64,000 bases of DNA from Planctomycetota bacterium (lineage in GTDB: Bacteria; Planctomycetota; UBA1135): NCBI GenBank assembly GCA_018671175.1, contig JABHIE010000031.1:104128-168127 (forward strand), read 5' to 3'. Shown one piece after another: positions 1-8,037 of this stretch. Under the pieces are notes generated by a model that saw nothing but the letters and a program-made list of their open reading frames with translations, did not search any database and was not told the DNA's origin. The position numbers were made by a program, and so were the translations under genes. Positions within the stretch are counted from its first letter, which is position 1. Every line of letters starts with the position of its first letter.

Positions 1-685
1 CCAAACGCACTTCTGGGTCAAAGCGGTTGGCCCAAATTGCTGCAGGGACTAAAAAACCAAGACCACCAAAAAGCCACAAAAGCATGAGCGGCAAGCCGAA
101 GCCCCAATGGCCTGCATAAGGTTCAAGCCCGACATCAAGGTTGTCGAAGCCAGCGTTGCAAAAGGCAGATACAGACAAGAAGACGCTCTTCCAGCCCGCA
201 TTTGGCTCAGTGATGGCGCCAAACAAACTGATTGCGCCGGCGGCTTCAAGCATCAGTGTGCCGCCCAAAACCAAAGCTAAAGTGCGTTTCGGGTGGCCCC
301 GGAAGAAACTGCTCATTAGAGTGGAGCTTGCCGTATTGCCCGCAACATTGCGCACACGATTGCTGAGAGAGTGGAGCACCAGAAGCGCAAGCGTCATGAC
401 ACCAAGCCCGCCAAGTTGGAATAAAACCAGCACAACCCCTTGCCCAAACATAGACAAATCGTGTGCCGTATCTACAACGATCAGGCCTGTAACGCAGGCC
501 GCCGATGTCGCTGTGAAGAAAGCCTCAAGCCAAGTTAATGGGGCGTGATGGCTCGTGTTAGCGGCCGCATCTAAATGCAGCAAAATCGTGCCGAAGAGGA
601 TGGCACCAGCGAAACCAAGTGCGACCAAAGCGGGCGGGCGAAGCCAGAAGCTTCTGCGCCCACCGGCTTGGATTTCAAATGCCAT
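1..685 (-). CDS. TrkH/KtrB-family K+ uptake membrane protein (N-terminal part; continues beyond window start)
   Basis: Absent from the ORF track because it runs off the edge. My reverse-strand translation from the ATG (complement of 683-685) reads MAFEIQAGGRRSFWLRPPALVALGFAGAILFGTILL..TATSAACVTGL..LFQLGGLGVMT..SAFCNAGF with no stop down to base 1. The repeated pore-loop-like motifs are typical of TrkH/KtrB. It starts 18 nt after the stop of the upstream TPR gene. Confidence 0.75.
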   Translation of the reverse strand, partial: MAFEIQAGGRRSFWLRPPALVALGFAGAILFGTILLHLDAAANTSHHAPLTWLEAFFTATSAACVTGLIVVDTAHDLSMFGQGVVLVLFQLGGLGVMTLALLVLHSLSNRVRNVAGNTASSTLMSSFFRGHPKRTLALVLGGTLMLEAAGAISLFGAITEPNAGWKSVFLSVSAFCNAGFDNLDVGLEPYAGHWGFGLPLMLLWLFGGLGFLVPAAIWANRFDPEVRL

Positions 686-703
686 ACGACAACTGTAGGG
701 CAA

Positions 704-2149
704 TCAGCCGTTGCGGCGGTTGCCCTTTTTAAGCTTGGCCTGGTTGTTTGTGGCATCTCGCAAGGCCACGCGGACACGCGCTTCTTCCTTGGCTTCGAGC
801 CCACCCTCGGTCAAGAGTTTGTTGGCCAAGTCAATGGACTGCTCATAGAGGCCAAGAGCCTTGGCATCTTCGGTCTGCAAGTAATAGTGATAAATGACCG
901 CCCAGTCGTTGAGCACCTGCGGGTCGTTGGGGGACAACTCAGCTGCTTTGGCATAACCTGCCTCGGCTTGGATGGCATGACCAGCCTCGCGGTGAAAGAA
1001 GCCTAAATTGTTCCAGGCTTCGACATCGTTGGGTGCAGCTTGCGTTGCAAAATTCATAAGTGAAATGGCCGCTTGGTAATCACTGTTCATGACCGCGTGA
1101 CCCGCAAGCCACTTTGCACTAGCCACCATGCCTTCCCCTGCGTCTGCTGCAGATTGCGCACTCGCGAGGTAACTGGGGCCAAAATTGTCGATGTATAGCC
1201 CAAGGTATTTTGCCGCAATATAAAAGCCTTTGTCTGCCCGTCGCGTATCGCCATTGCTTTGCAATCGAGTGGCTTCGCGCATCGCACCTTGCGACAAGTA
1301 ATAGTAGGCGTTCAAAAACTGAGGGTTTAGCTCAAGTACCTTTTTGAATGCATCACGGACGCTATCCCATGGCATCGGGTCAGCTGCGAAATAGGCCGTG
1401 CCTCGATACCACTCGCGCGTGGCATCAGAGCCGAGGTCGGCAATGACAGCATCAACTACGGTACCGGCATCTCCTTGAAGCCATTGAACTGCGCCACCCA
1501 AATCGACACCAGTCGCATCACGCTTAACGGCCTCAAGCCAGTTTGAAACGGCTGTTTCTCGTTCATTTGCCAAAATGGCTTGCTCGCCCATCCGCACCCA
1601 CGGCATTGCGTTTTTGGGCTCAACTTCGGCGGCTTTGACCAAGGCTGCGCTTGCTTCGGCTTCAAGTTTGGCGGCTTTTTTAACATTGCCACCTTCTTTT
1701 GCATCGCGCGACATGGAACCCACGATGCGTGCTTTTTGCAGATACAAAGCGGCAGAGTTTGGGTAAGCGGATAGGCCGTCGCTGATGGGGGCGATTGCCA
1801 GCTCGGCATCACCTGCGTTGAGTTGAGCTTCGGACCAGTTCACGAAATCAATCGCAAGAGCGCCTTTTGACCCGCATGCCTTTTCTAAAACCCAAGCGGC
1901 ATCTGAAAACGCATCGTTGATGTCAAAACCCGAAATCGCACCAGAAGCAATGCCCGCCTCGGTTTCGCGCAAAATAAAACGACCTAGAGTGCCGAGCACT
2001 TTGGCATCGGTGACATCTTCGGCGCCCGCTTCACGCAAAACAGAAACAGCGGCCGACCAATCATTTTTGGCTGCGAAGGCTTCGGCGGAAGCCATTGCAG
2101 CATCAAGGTCAGATTGAAGGCAAAGGAGTAGGGCGATGGAGGCAAGCAT
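704..2149 (-). CDS. TPR-repeat protein (paralogue of the next gene)
   Basis: 481-aa ORF, Ala/Leu-rich, with TPR-like repeats (e.g. EAWNNLGFFHREAG, LSPNDPQVLNDWAVIYHYYL). The only long ORF here; the opposite-strand ORFs are short. Confidence 0.7.
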   Translation of the reverse strand: MLASIALLLCLQSDLDAAMASAEAFAAKNDWSAAVSVLREAGAEDVTDAKVLGTLGRFILRETEAGIASGAISGFDINDAFSDAAWVLEKACGSKGALAIDFVNWSEAQLNAGDAELAIAPISDGLSAYPNSAALYLQKARIVGSMSRDAKEGGNVKKAAKLEAEASAALVKAAEVEPKNAMPWVRMGEQAILANERETAVSNWLEAVKRDATGVDLGGAVQWLQGDAGTVVDAVIADLGSDATREWYRGTAYFAADPMPWDSVRDAFKKVLELNPQFLNAYYYLSQGAMREATRLQSNGDTRRADKGFYIAAKYLGLYIDNFGPSYLASAQSAADAGEGMVASAKWLAGHAVMNSDYQAAISLMNFATQAAPNDVEAWNNLGFFHREAGHAIQAEAGYAKAAELSPNDPQVLNDWAVIYHYYLQTEDAKALGLYEQSIDLANKLLTEGGLEAKEEARVRVALRDATNNQAKLKKGNRRNG

Positions 2150-2192
2150 GATTGAGTCAGGAGGCGGCGGGTGGTGAAGTCGGGCGACCTCG

Positions 2193-3971
2193 TTATGGGG
2201 TCGAGAGATCTTTCAGAATGGCGCGCATGCGGGCAACCCCGTCACGCCGCTCAAAAGGGTAGTGTCGCACACTCTTTAAGAGAAACCCATCGACAGGTCC
2301 GAGTTGTTTTAGATTGTGCAAATTGTGGTAAGCGAGGTTTTCCCAAGCGTCGCCAATGGCCTCGTCGAGTAACTGTCTTGATTCGGCAGAAGCATCATCA
2401 GCCATCTCGGCCATTTGTCGCTCGCCCAAGCTAATCGCTCTATACAGTTCACTCTCGGCAGTAACCCATTCGCGCCCAAGGTAGTAAACCGCGATCAGCG
2501 CGCGGTCATTGATGAGGCGGACATCATTTGGCGCCAAAGCCACGCAATCACCGTAAGCGACCCAACTTTGCTCAAAGTAGTCGCGCGCATCTTCAACACG
2601 GCCCGCAGCTTCAGCAGTCGTTCCCAAATCGCGGCAGGCAAACCCGAGGTTGTTAAACCAACTTGGGTTTTGCTGATGCAAAGCAAGGACACGCTCCAAA
2701 AAAGCTTTGCCATCATCCAAGCGTTTCAAGGATGGATGCCGATCGTCGCCGCCATCTGCAGTGAAATAATCCCAGACGATTGCGTCAATGCCAAGTCGCA
2801 AAGTTTCGGCCGTGCTTTCGGCTTCAAGTTGGTTTTCATCGGCGGCGAGTGCAGTCAAGAAAGCCTCGGCGGCTTTGTCGAGCTCACCGTCTTCGCGCCA
2901 ACACCATCCGCGTTGAGTGCGCACAATGTGCAGCCAAGTGCGGCAACTGGCCTCGTAGGCTGGGTTTTGAGCGATGGCTTGATGAAAGCATTCTTCGGCG
3001 CGGGCGAGAGCTTCAAAGGCGCGACGGAAGTCAGCCGCTGAGCGTCGAGTGCGTGCTTCGTAGTAACGGGCCTCGCCGGTATGCCACAAAACAAGTGCGT
3101 CGGTCGGGTGGGCGAGACGGACACGCTCTAAGGCCTTGGCCGTTGCGATGGGGTCTTGAGCGCCGAGACGAGTTAGCCTTTCGTAGTAACTTGTTGTGGC
3201 CGGTTTAGAAATCAATGCCGCAATGAAAACCTCGCGGGCGGGTTGAATGCGGCCTGCCCAAGCATGCAAGTCAGCGAGAGCAATCACGACATCAGGTGAG
3301 TGCGGCAAACCGTTCGCGTGCATCTCCCTGACGGCTCCCTTGAGCCAAAGTACGGCGTCGAGACAAAAACGCGGCATCGGCTGATTTGCCCGAACGGCTT
3401 CGGCGCTGGCCGCCAAAGCAATTTGCCCCAGTTCGTGCAAAGTCGAAACGCGCATCGAGTCGGTCATTTCGTCTTGCACTTTGAGCCAATCACTCTGCGG
3501 TTCAGCAATGGGGGCTAGCTTGAGGAAAAACTGCAATGGGCGACTTTCGGCGATTGCTTCGGCAGTGCGTCCCGCAAAACGGAGTGCTTTAGTCAAGATG
3601 ATGCGTGTCTGCAGCAACTCTGTTTTAGAAAGTGACAACTGCGCGGCACCCACACAGTCGGCAAGCAGCCCGTCCATGACGCTCGCGTCAAGCCCGCCAT
3701 TGCGAAGCCCGCTTTCAAAAAGGGAGAGCGAATAGTGGCTGTACAGGAATTGCCAGCGGTAATCATCGGCCCAATCGCACTCGATCTCTTCTAGGAGCAG
3801 CAAAGCGCGGTCAAAATCATGGCTGCGAGCTGTTTCCACAATGGACTCTGAAGCCGCCTCCCAGCTCTCTGCGGTTACGGCAATAGGCTCGATAGGAGTG
3901 CTCGTGGTGGTACATGCACAGCACGAGGCCAGCAGGGCAAAGCGAAACAGTTGGAGGCGTTTTTGCAACAT
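2193..3971 (-). CDS. TPR-like repeat lipoprotein
   Basis: 592-aa ORF with an N-terminal signal and canonical lipobox (FALLASC). The C-terminal segment NNLGFACRDLG..LAPNDVRLINDRALIAVYYL is homologous to the C-terminus of the 704-2149 product. Confidence 0.7.
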   Translation of the reverse strand: MLQKRLQLFRFALLASCCACTTTSTPIEPIAVTAESWEAASESIVETARSHDFDRALLLLEEIECDWADDYRWQFLYSHYSLSLFESGLRNGGLDASVMDGLLADCVGAAQLSLSKTELLQTRIILTKALRFAGRTAEAIAESRPLQFFLKLAPIAEPQSDWLKVQDEMTDSMRVSTLHELGQIALAASAEAVRANQPMPRFCLDAVLWLKGAVREMHANGLPHSPDVVIALADLHAWAGRIQPAREVFIAALISKPATTSYYERLTRLGAQDPIATAKALERVRLAHPTDALVLWHTGEARYYEARTRRSAADFRRAFEALARAEECFHQAIAQNPAYEASCRTWLHIVRTQRGWCWREDGELDKAAEAFLTALAADENQLEAESTAETLRLGIDAIVWDYFTADGGDDRHPSLKRLDDGKAFLERVLALHQQNPSWFNNLGFACRDLGTTAEAAGRVEDARDYFEQSWVAYGDCVALAPNDVRLINDRALIAVYYLGREWVTAESELYRAISLGERQMAEMADDASAESRQLLDEAIGDAWENLAYHNLHNLKQLGPVDGFLLKSVRHYPFERRDGVARMRAILKDLSTP

Positions 3972-4035
3972 TTTTTAAGGATGTTCATTTTTCGGGCGGA
4001 AACTTGCGGTTGGTTGCGTCATTATAGGCATAGGT

Positions 4036-6906
4036 ATGCAGAACCTCCGCACATCCACATGGGCCGCTCGCGCCCTGCTTTTCGCTTTGCTTTTAGCAGG
4101 CGGTTGTTGGTCTACAAGTAACCCCGGTGATGTTTTTGGCGGAGGCGGAGGCGGTAGCGGTGGCGGCGGCGGAGGCGGAGGCGGAACTGAGGTGAAAGAC
4201 CCCGGCGATATTACGGCGGCGATTACAGGTCAACTGATTGTCGACGGGCGCCCCTCGCTCGACGCAACGGGGCCATTGAATGGCTCGGTTGATGTTGATG
4301 TCCGCACTCCGATCTTGCTTTGGTTTAGTGAGAGCATCCATACGGGCACGGTGAGCTCCACAACTGTTGGCGGTAATCCTGCATCGGTGAGCTTGCGGGT
4401 TAAAGATTCTCTGGCGTCTATTTCCTATGACCTTGAGAGTTTTTGCGGCGATCGCTTGATTGCGCTAGTACCGAAAGGGTCTTTGGCGCCAGACATGGTT
4501 TACGAGGTGTGGCTGAATCAAGAGCTCACTGATTTGCGTGGCGAGCGTTACCACGCAGCAGACAGCGAGGTCGTTATGACTTTTTCTACTGCGGCAACAA
4601 GCACGCTTCAGGCACCCCGAGTGATTGGTTCTTTTCCGCCAGAAGGCTCCACTTATCAGCCGAATGATCACGCCGTCGTTGTGGCCTTTTCCTCATCGAT
4701 TCGTCCTTCAACACTTTCTGGGGCCGTGTCTTTGTTCAACATTGACTCCGGCCTTGATGCCGACTTCAACACTCTCGGTGTGTCGAGCGATTTTTTTGCT
4801 GATGACCGAATCGTTCGCTTTCGCCATCAAAACAATGCCACTTCCGATGTTGATTCTCAGCTAAGTCTTTCCATCGAAACGACTCTCGAAGGTGCAGGTG
4901 CAGGTCGTCAGCCTCTCGCAGAAGCCTTTACCGCAAACTGGCATACCCTTGATATGACGCCGCCCGTTGGTTTTGTCGATGTCGTTGGCGGCGTTGTTTC
5001 CCCTGGCTCTAGCGCCGCTCCCGTACATTTGGCGACTTTGTCTCACTACGAAGTTGGCGTAGATTGGCCACTCGCTTTTTTGCCTGGCGACCAGGTGCAC
5101 CTTGAGCTTCATGAAACTTTTGGGCAAACTTATTTTGCGCAAGAGTCTGAGCCATTAGGTGGTTATTCCATTTACGCCTTTGACTTGCAAGAGCCCGAAT
5201 TCGGTACTCCCTTAATGAATGACGGGTCTTTGACCCTGACGGCTTTTGCAGAGCGAGATGGGCGTCGCACCACGGTCGTCGCAGAGAGCACCTTGTTGCA
5301 AGATACCCAGCCTCCCCGTTTTTCCTATTACGGGCCTCCTTACTTCGAAGGCGATTTCGTTACCGATTTGCCTGAGTTGCGCCCGTATGGCTTTGGCACC
5401 GAGGTGCTTTCTGCGGCGGCGATTGAGTTTGATTCTTTAAGTGAGACTCGCAATTTCCTTTACGACAATTCTTTCTTCACTGGCCCTGCATTCGTTGACC
5501 CCTTCGCAGGCGGTGATTTCCTGGCTGAGGGGTTCAACTTCTCGACGACGCTGACGGATGTCGTCGGAAACACAATGACCGCTGCCGAGCCTGGCTATGC
5601 CACATTTCGCGGTTTTGTGAGTGGGCGCAGTCTCAGCGAAGCGGGTAATCAATTAAGGGTCATTGCTTTTGATGCAGATACTCTCCAGCCCATCGTTGAG
5701 GCCCAGGTCGATATCGATGGGCTCAGCACTCCAGAATTCACTCGCTCAGATGGCTCGGTCGTCTTTGATGGCTTGACTGGTGAGCAGACGATTACGCTCC
5801 GCTGCATTGATGGTGCCGGTGTAGCTCTCTATCACCCAGTAAGCCTTCTTGATGTTGATGCTTCTGTCGTGAGTGTTCCCATGCGTAGTGTCTCAAATCA
5901 GGCCTTAACAAGTTTCCCTGTAGTTCTCGACCCTGCTGGCGACTTTGTGATTGACGGTGATATGCGGGTGTTTACTTCTCTTGCCGTGGGCGAGAATTCT
6001 GGCGAAGTCGATTTCTTTGGCGGCAAGCTGCAAGACATCCAACTTTTTGGTGCTTACCAAGTGCATGTACGCACGACTCGCTTGGGGTGGTGGTCCGGTT
6101 TCTACTTTAATGAGGGCATCATTGATAGTGGCGATGGGCGCTGGAGCCATTTTGCTTTAGACCCAACCTTCTTGCTCGGGCCGACTTCAAGCAGTCTCGA
6201 AACAGCTCAGTTCGTTCTAGAGACGCCTTCTGAGCGTCCGCTCAACCCTTATGAAATTACAGTCAGCGGCGTGACTCCCGCTGACTTGTCAGACCCGTTC
6301 TTGGCCGCAACCACAGTTGTCCCGGGCTTAGATGGCCGCGCCTGGCTTGGCTTTGGCAATATCGAGCCCAAAGCACACAATGATTATGTCATTCGCTATG
6401 AGCCAATCTTGGTTTCGGCTGCAGCTTCTCTTGGCGCGCCGGCCGAAACTTGTTTCGTTGGGCTTTACGCAGACTATAACACTTCAACGGGCTCTAGCTT
6501 TTGGGTGCAAGCCGAGGCAGACCTGACTACAACACCCAATACCGTGAGTTTGTCGATGCCTACCGATCTCAACTCAACAACAAGTTTGGGTGCAACGACG
6601 GCAACAATTACTGGCTTTGACGCTACAACTCTGGCATCAGGGCAGGGGTGGTACCGCGCCAAACTCGAAGATTTGAGCAACGCAAACTTAACCCTGCAAT
6701 GGGACATCTACCTACCGTCCTCATCCGCTCAATCTGGCACGATTACTTTGCCGACAGCAGGCGGCACGGCTCCATTGCCTGACCCAGGCAACTGGAAAGT
6801 TCGTCTAGACGCCTACGGCATGCCCGCTGGTTTTGATGACCAAGGTTTCTTCTTTTCCAGTCTCCGCCGGGATTGTTTATTCTGGGTCGGTTCCGACTGG
6901 AACTAG
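4036..6906 (+). CDS. Large surface/periplasmic lipoprotein with tandem bacterial Ig-like (SbsA_Ig-type) domains
   Basis: 956-aa ORF with a signal peptide and lipobox-like LLLAGGC, followed by a G6-S-G9 linker. Two segments follow the pattern P..GS..V....I.L.FSE.I....L......L typical of SbsA-type Ig domains. A carboxypeptidase-regulatory-like beta-sandwich stretch follows (LRVIAFDADTLQPIVEAQVDIDG..SDGSVVFDGL). Confidence 0.65.
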   Translation: MQNLRTSTWAARALLFALLLAGGCWSTSNPGDVFGGGGGGSGGGGGGGGGTEVKDPGDITAAITGQLIVDGRPSLDATGPLNGSVDVDVRTPILLWFSESIHTGTVSSTTVGGNPASVSLRVKDSLASISYDLESFCGDRLIALVPKGSLAPDMVYEVWLNQELTDLRGERYHAADSEVVMTFSTAATSTLQAPRVIGSFPPEGSTYQPNDHAVVVAFSSSIRPSTLSGAVSLFNIDSGLDADFNTLGVSSDFFADDRIVRFRHQNNATSDVDSQLSLSIETTLEGAGAGRQPLAEAFTANWHTLDMTPPVGFVDVVGGVVSPGSSAAPVHLATLSHYEVGVDWPLAFLPGDQVHLELHETFGQTYFAQESEPLGGYSIYAFDLQEPEFGTPLMNDGSLTLTAFAERDGRRTTVVAESTLLQDTQPPRFSYYGPPYFEGDFVTDLPELRPYGFGTEVLSAAAIEFDSLSETRNFLYDNSFFTGPAFVDPFAGGDFLAEGFNFSTTLTDVVGNTMTAAEPGYATFRGFVSGRSLSEAGNQLRVIAFDADTLQPIVEAQVDIDGLSTPEFTRSDGSVVFDGLTGEQTITLRCIDGAGVALYHPVSLLDVDASVVSVPMRSVSNQALTSFPVVLDPAGDFVIDGDMRVFTSLAVGENSGEVDFFGGKLQDIQLFGAYQVHVRTTRLGWWSGFYFNEGIIDSGDGRWSHFALDPTFLLGPTSSSLETAQFVLETPSERPLNPYEITVSGVTPADLSDPFLAATTVVPGLDGRAWLGFGNIEPKAHNDYVIRYEPILVSAAASLGAPAETCFVGLYADYNTSTGSSFWVQAEADLTTTPNTVSLSMPTDLNSTTSLGATTATITGFDATTLASGQGWYRAKLEDLSNANLTLQWDIYLPSSSAQSGTITLPTAGGTAPLPDPGNWKVRLDAYGMPAGFDDQGFFFSSLRRDCLFWVGSDWN
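4138..4185 (+). repeat. (GGN)16 simple-sequence tract encoding a Gly6-Ser-Gly9 linker
   Basis: ggcggaggcggaggcggtagcggtggcggcggcggaggcggaggcgga, read directly from the sequence inside the 956-aa lipoprotein gene. Confidence 0.9.
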
Positions 6907-6921
6907 CCACTCTGACTTCTC

Positions 6922-7464
6922 ATGCGCACTGCTCTCGCCCTGTTTTTGCTGCTCCCGTTGGCCGCTTGTCAAGCCCCTGGGGCGCAAGCTCCTGCCTTTC
7001 AAATCGCCTTCGCTGTCGATACGATCGCGGCCGAAGTCGCTGTCCTTGATGTCGTGAATTCAACTCAAGGCGCATTGGTGCCGACTGGTGATTTGCGGAA
7101 ATTGACGCGTAGCTGGCTCTTGGACGAGGGCTTTACACCTCTTTCGATGCAATATGTCGACAGCTACTCTGTGCGTCAGCAGGTGGCTGCCGATGTCAGA
7201 GTTCCTGGCGCGGCCGTAATGTCGATGCAGGTCTTGTCCTGGAAAGACACCCATCTCGCAAGCCGCGGGCAGCTCAATGCTCAGGTTGACTTTGTGATGT
7301 ATAGCCCTGATGGGGTGGTGCAATATCGTGGTGCGGGCTTGCTTGAGATTCGGTTGAGCGCTGGGCAGCAGGCATCTCTCAGCCCAGACGGGCGAGTCGA
7401 GGCCGTGCTTGAACAACTTGTCGACGAGGTCTTGGCCGGGTTTCCCCAGCCAGAGCCACTCTAG
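6922..7464 (+). CDS. Small lipoprotein, unknown function
   Basis: 180-aa ORF 15 nt after the 956-aa gene, with a signal peptide and canonical lipobox LLPLAAC. No motif recognised. Confidence 0.6.
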   Translation: MRTALALFLLLPLAACQAPGAQAPAFQIAFAVDTIAAEVAVLDVVNSTQGALVPTGDLRKLTRSWLLDEGFTPLSMQYVDSYSVRQQVAADVRVPGAAVMSMQVLSWKDTHLASRGQLNAQVDFVMYSPDGVVQYRGAGLLEIRLSAGQQASLSPDGRVEAVLEQLVDEVLAGFPQPEPL

Positions 7465-7597
7465 AGCTGCAAATCTTGTCTGGCGAGACCTAGAGTCTGC
7501 CGCTATACTGTCGCGTCCTTTTTTCCGGGCTCTCTGGTCTAGAAATCTGGCGTAGAGGCAATCTCGCCTCACCGACACATCGAACAGAGTCAAAATC

Positions 7598-7867
7598 ATG
7601 TCTGTCACAAAAGCAGAAAAAACAGAAATTATTGCCGATAACGCCCAATCTCAGGGTGATACCGGTTCCGTTGAGGTCCAAGTCGCCGTGCTTACACAGC
7701 GTATTGCCAACCTTACCGAGCACCTTCGTGCTAACAAGAAAGATAACTCGACACGCCGTGGTTTGATCGGCATGGTGTCTAAACGCTCACGGCTCATGAA
7801 ATATCTCAAGGGCCAAGACATTACGCGCTATCGCGCGATTGTCAAAAAGCTCGGCATCCGAGGCTAG
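7598..7867 (+). CDS. rpsO: 30S ribosomal protein S15
   Basis: 89 aa. [43 protein letters not shown] is the canonical S15 sequence, located immediately upstream of pnp as in most bacteria. Confidence 0.95.
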   Translation: MSVTKAEKTEIIADNAQSQGDTGSVEVQVAVLTQRIANLTEHLRANKKDNSTRRGLIGMVSKRSRLMKYLKGQDITRYRAIVKKLGIRG

Positions 7868-7875
7868 AGCGTACA

Positions 7876-7901
7876 GGGGGTACAACTGCGGTTGTGCCCC
7901 C
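7876..7901 (+). terminator. rpsO-distal hairpin (attenuator/terminator at the start of the pnp leader)
   Basis: gggggtacaac-tgcg-gttgtgccccc forms an 11-bp stem (one G-U pair) with a tetraloop, 9 nt after the rpsO stop. It is followed by ..cattttc and a second hairpin, tttcggca-ccgt-tgccgaag, at 7909-7928. Confidence 0.5.
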
Positions 7902-8037
7902 AACTCATTTTCGGCACCGTTGCCGAAGGGGACATCCCCCAATGCGGACAATCGCCGCGCAGCACTCGTTGCGTTTTCTGAAATTAACACTAGGCGGTTC
8001 ATGCGGAATAGCGGATTGAAACAAAGATTGAATCATC

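Noticed and set aside
141-1006. Plus-strand ORFs 141-548 (135 aa) and 575-1006 (143 aa) at the window start
   Set aside because: Their products are low-complexity Pro/Ala/Ser/Arg-rich. The opposite strand encodes a convincing TrkH/KtrB N-terminus (1-685) and the TPR gene (704-2149), so these are antisense shadow ORFs.
7060-7608. 182-aa minus-strand ORF overlapping the small lipoprotein gene and the rpsO start
   Set aside because: It lies antisense to a lipoprotein ORF that has a clean signal and lipobox. It has no motif and an Arg/His-rich composition typical of GC-rich shadow frames.
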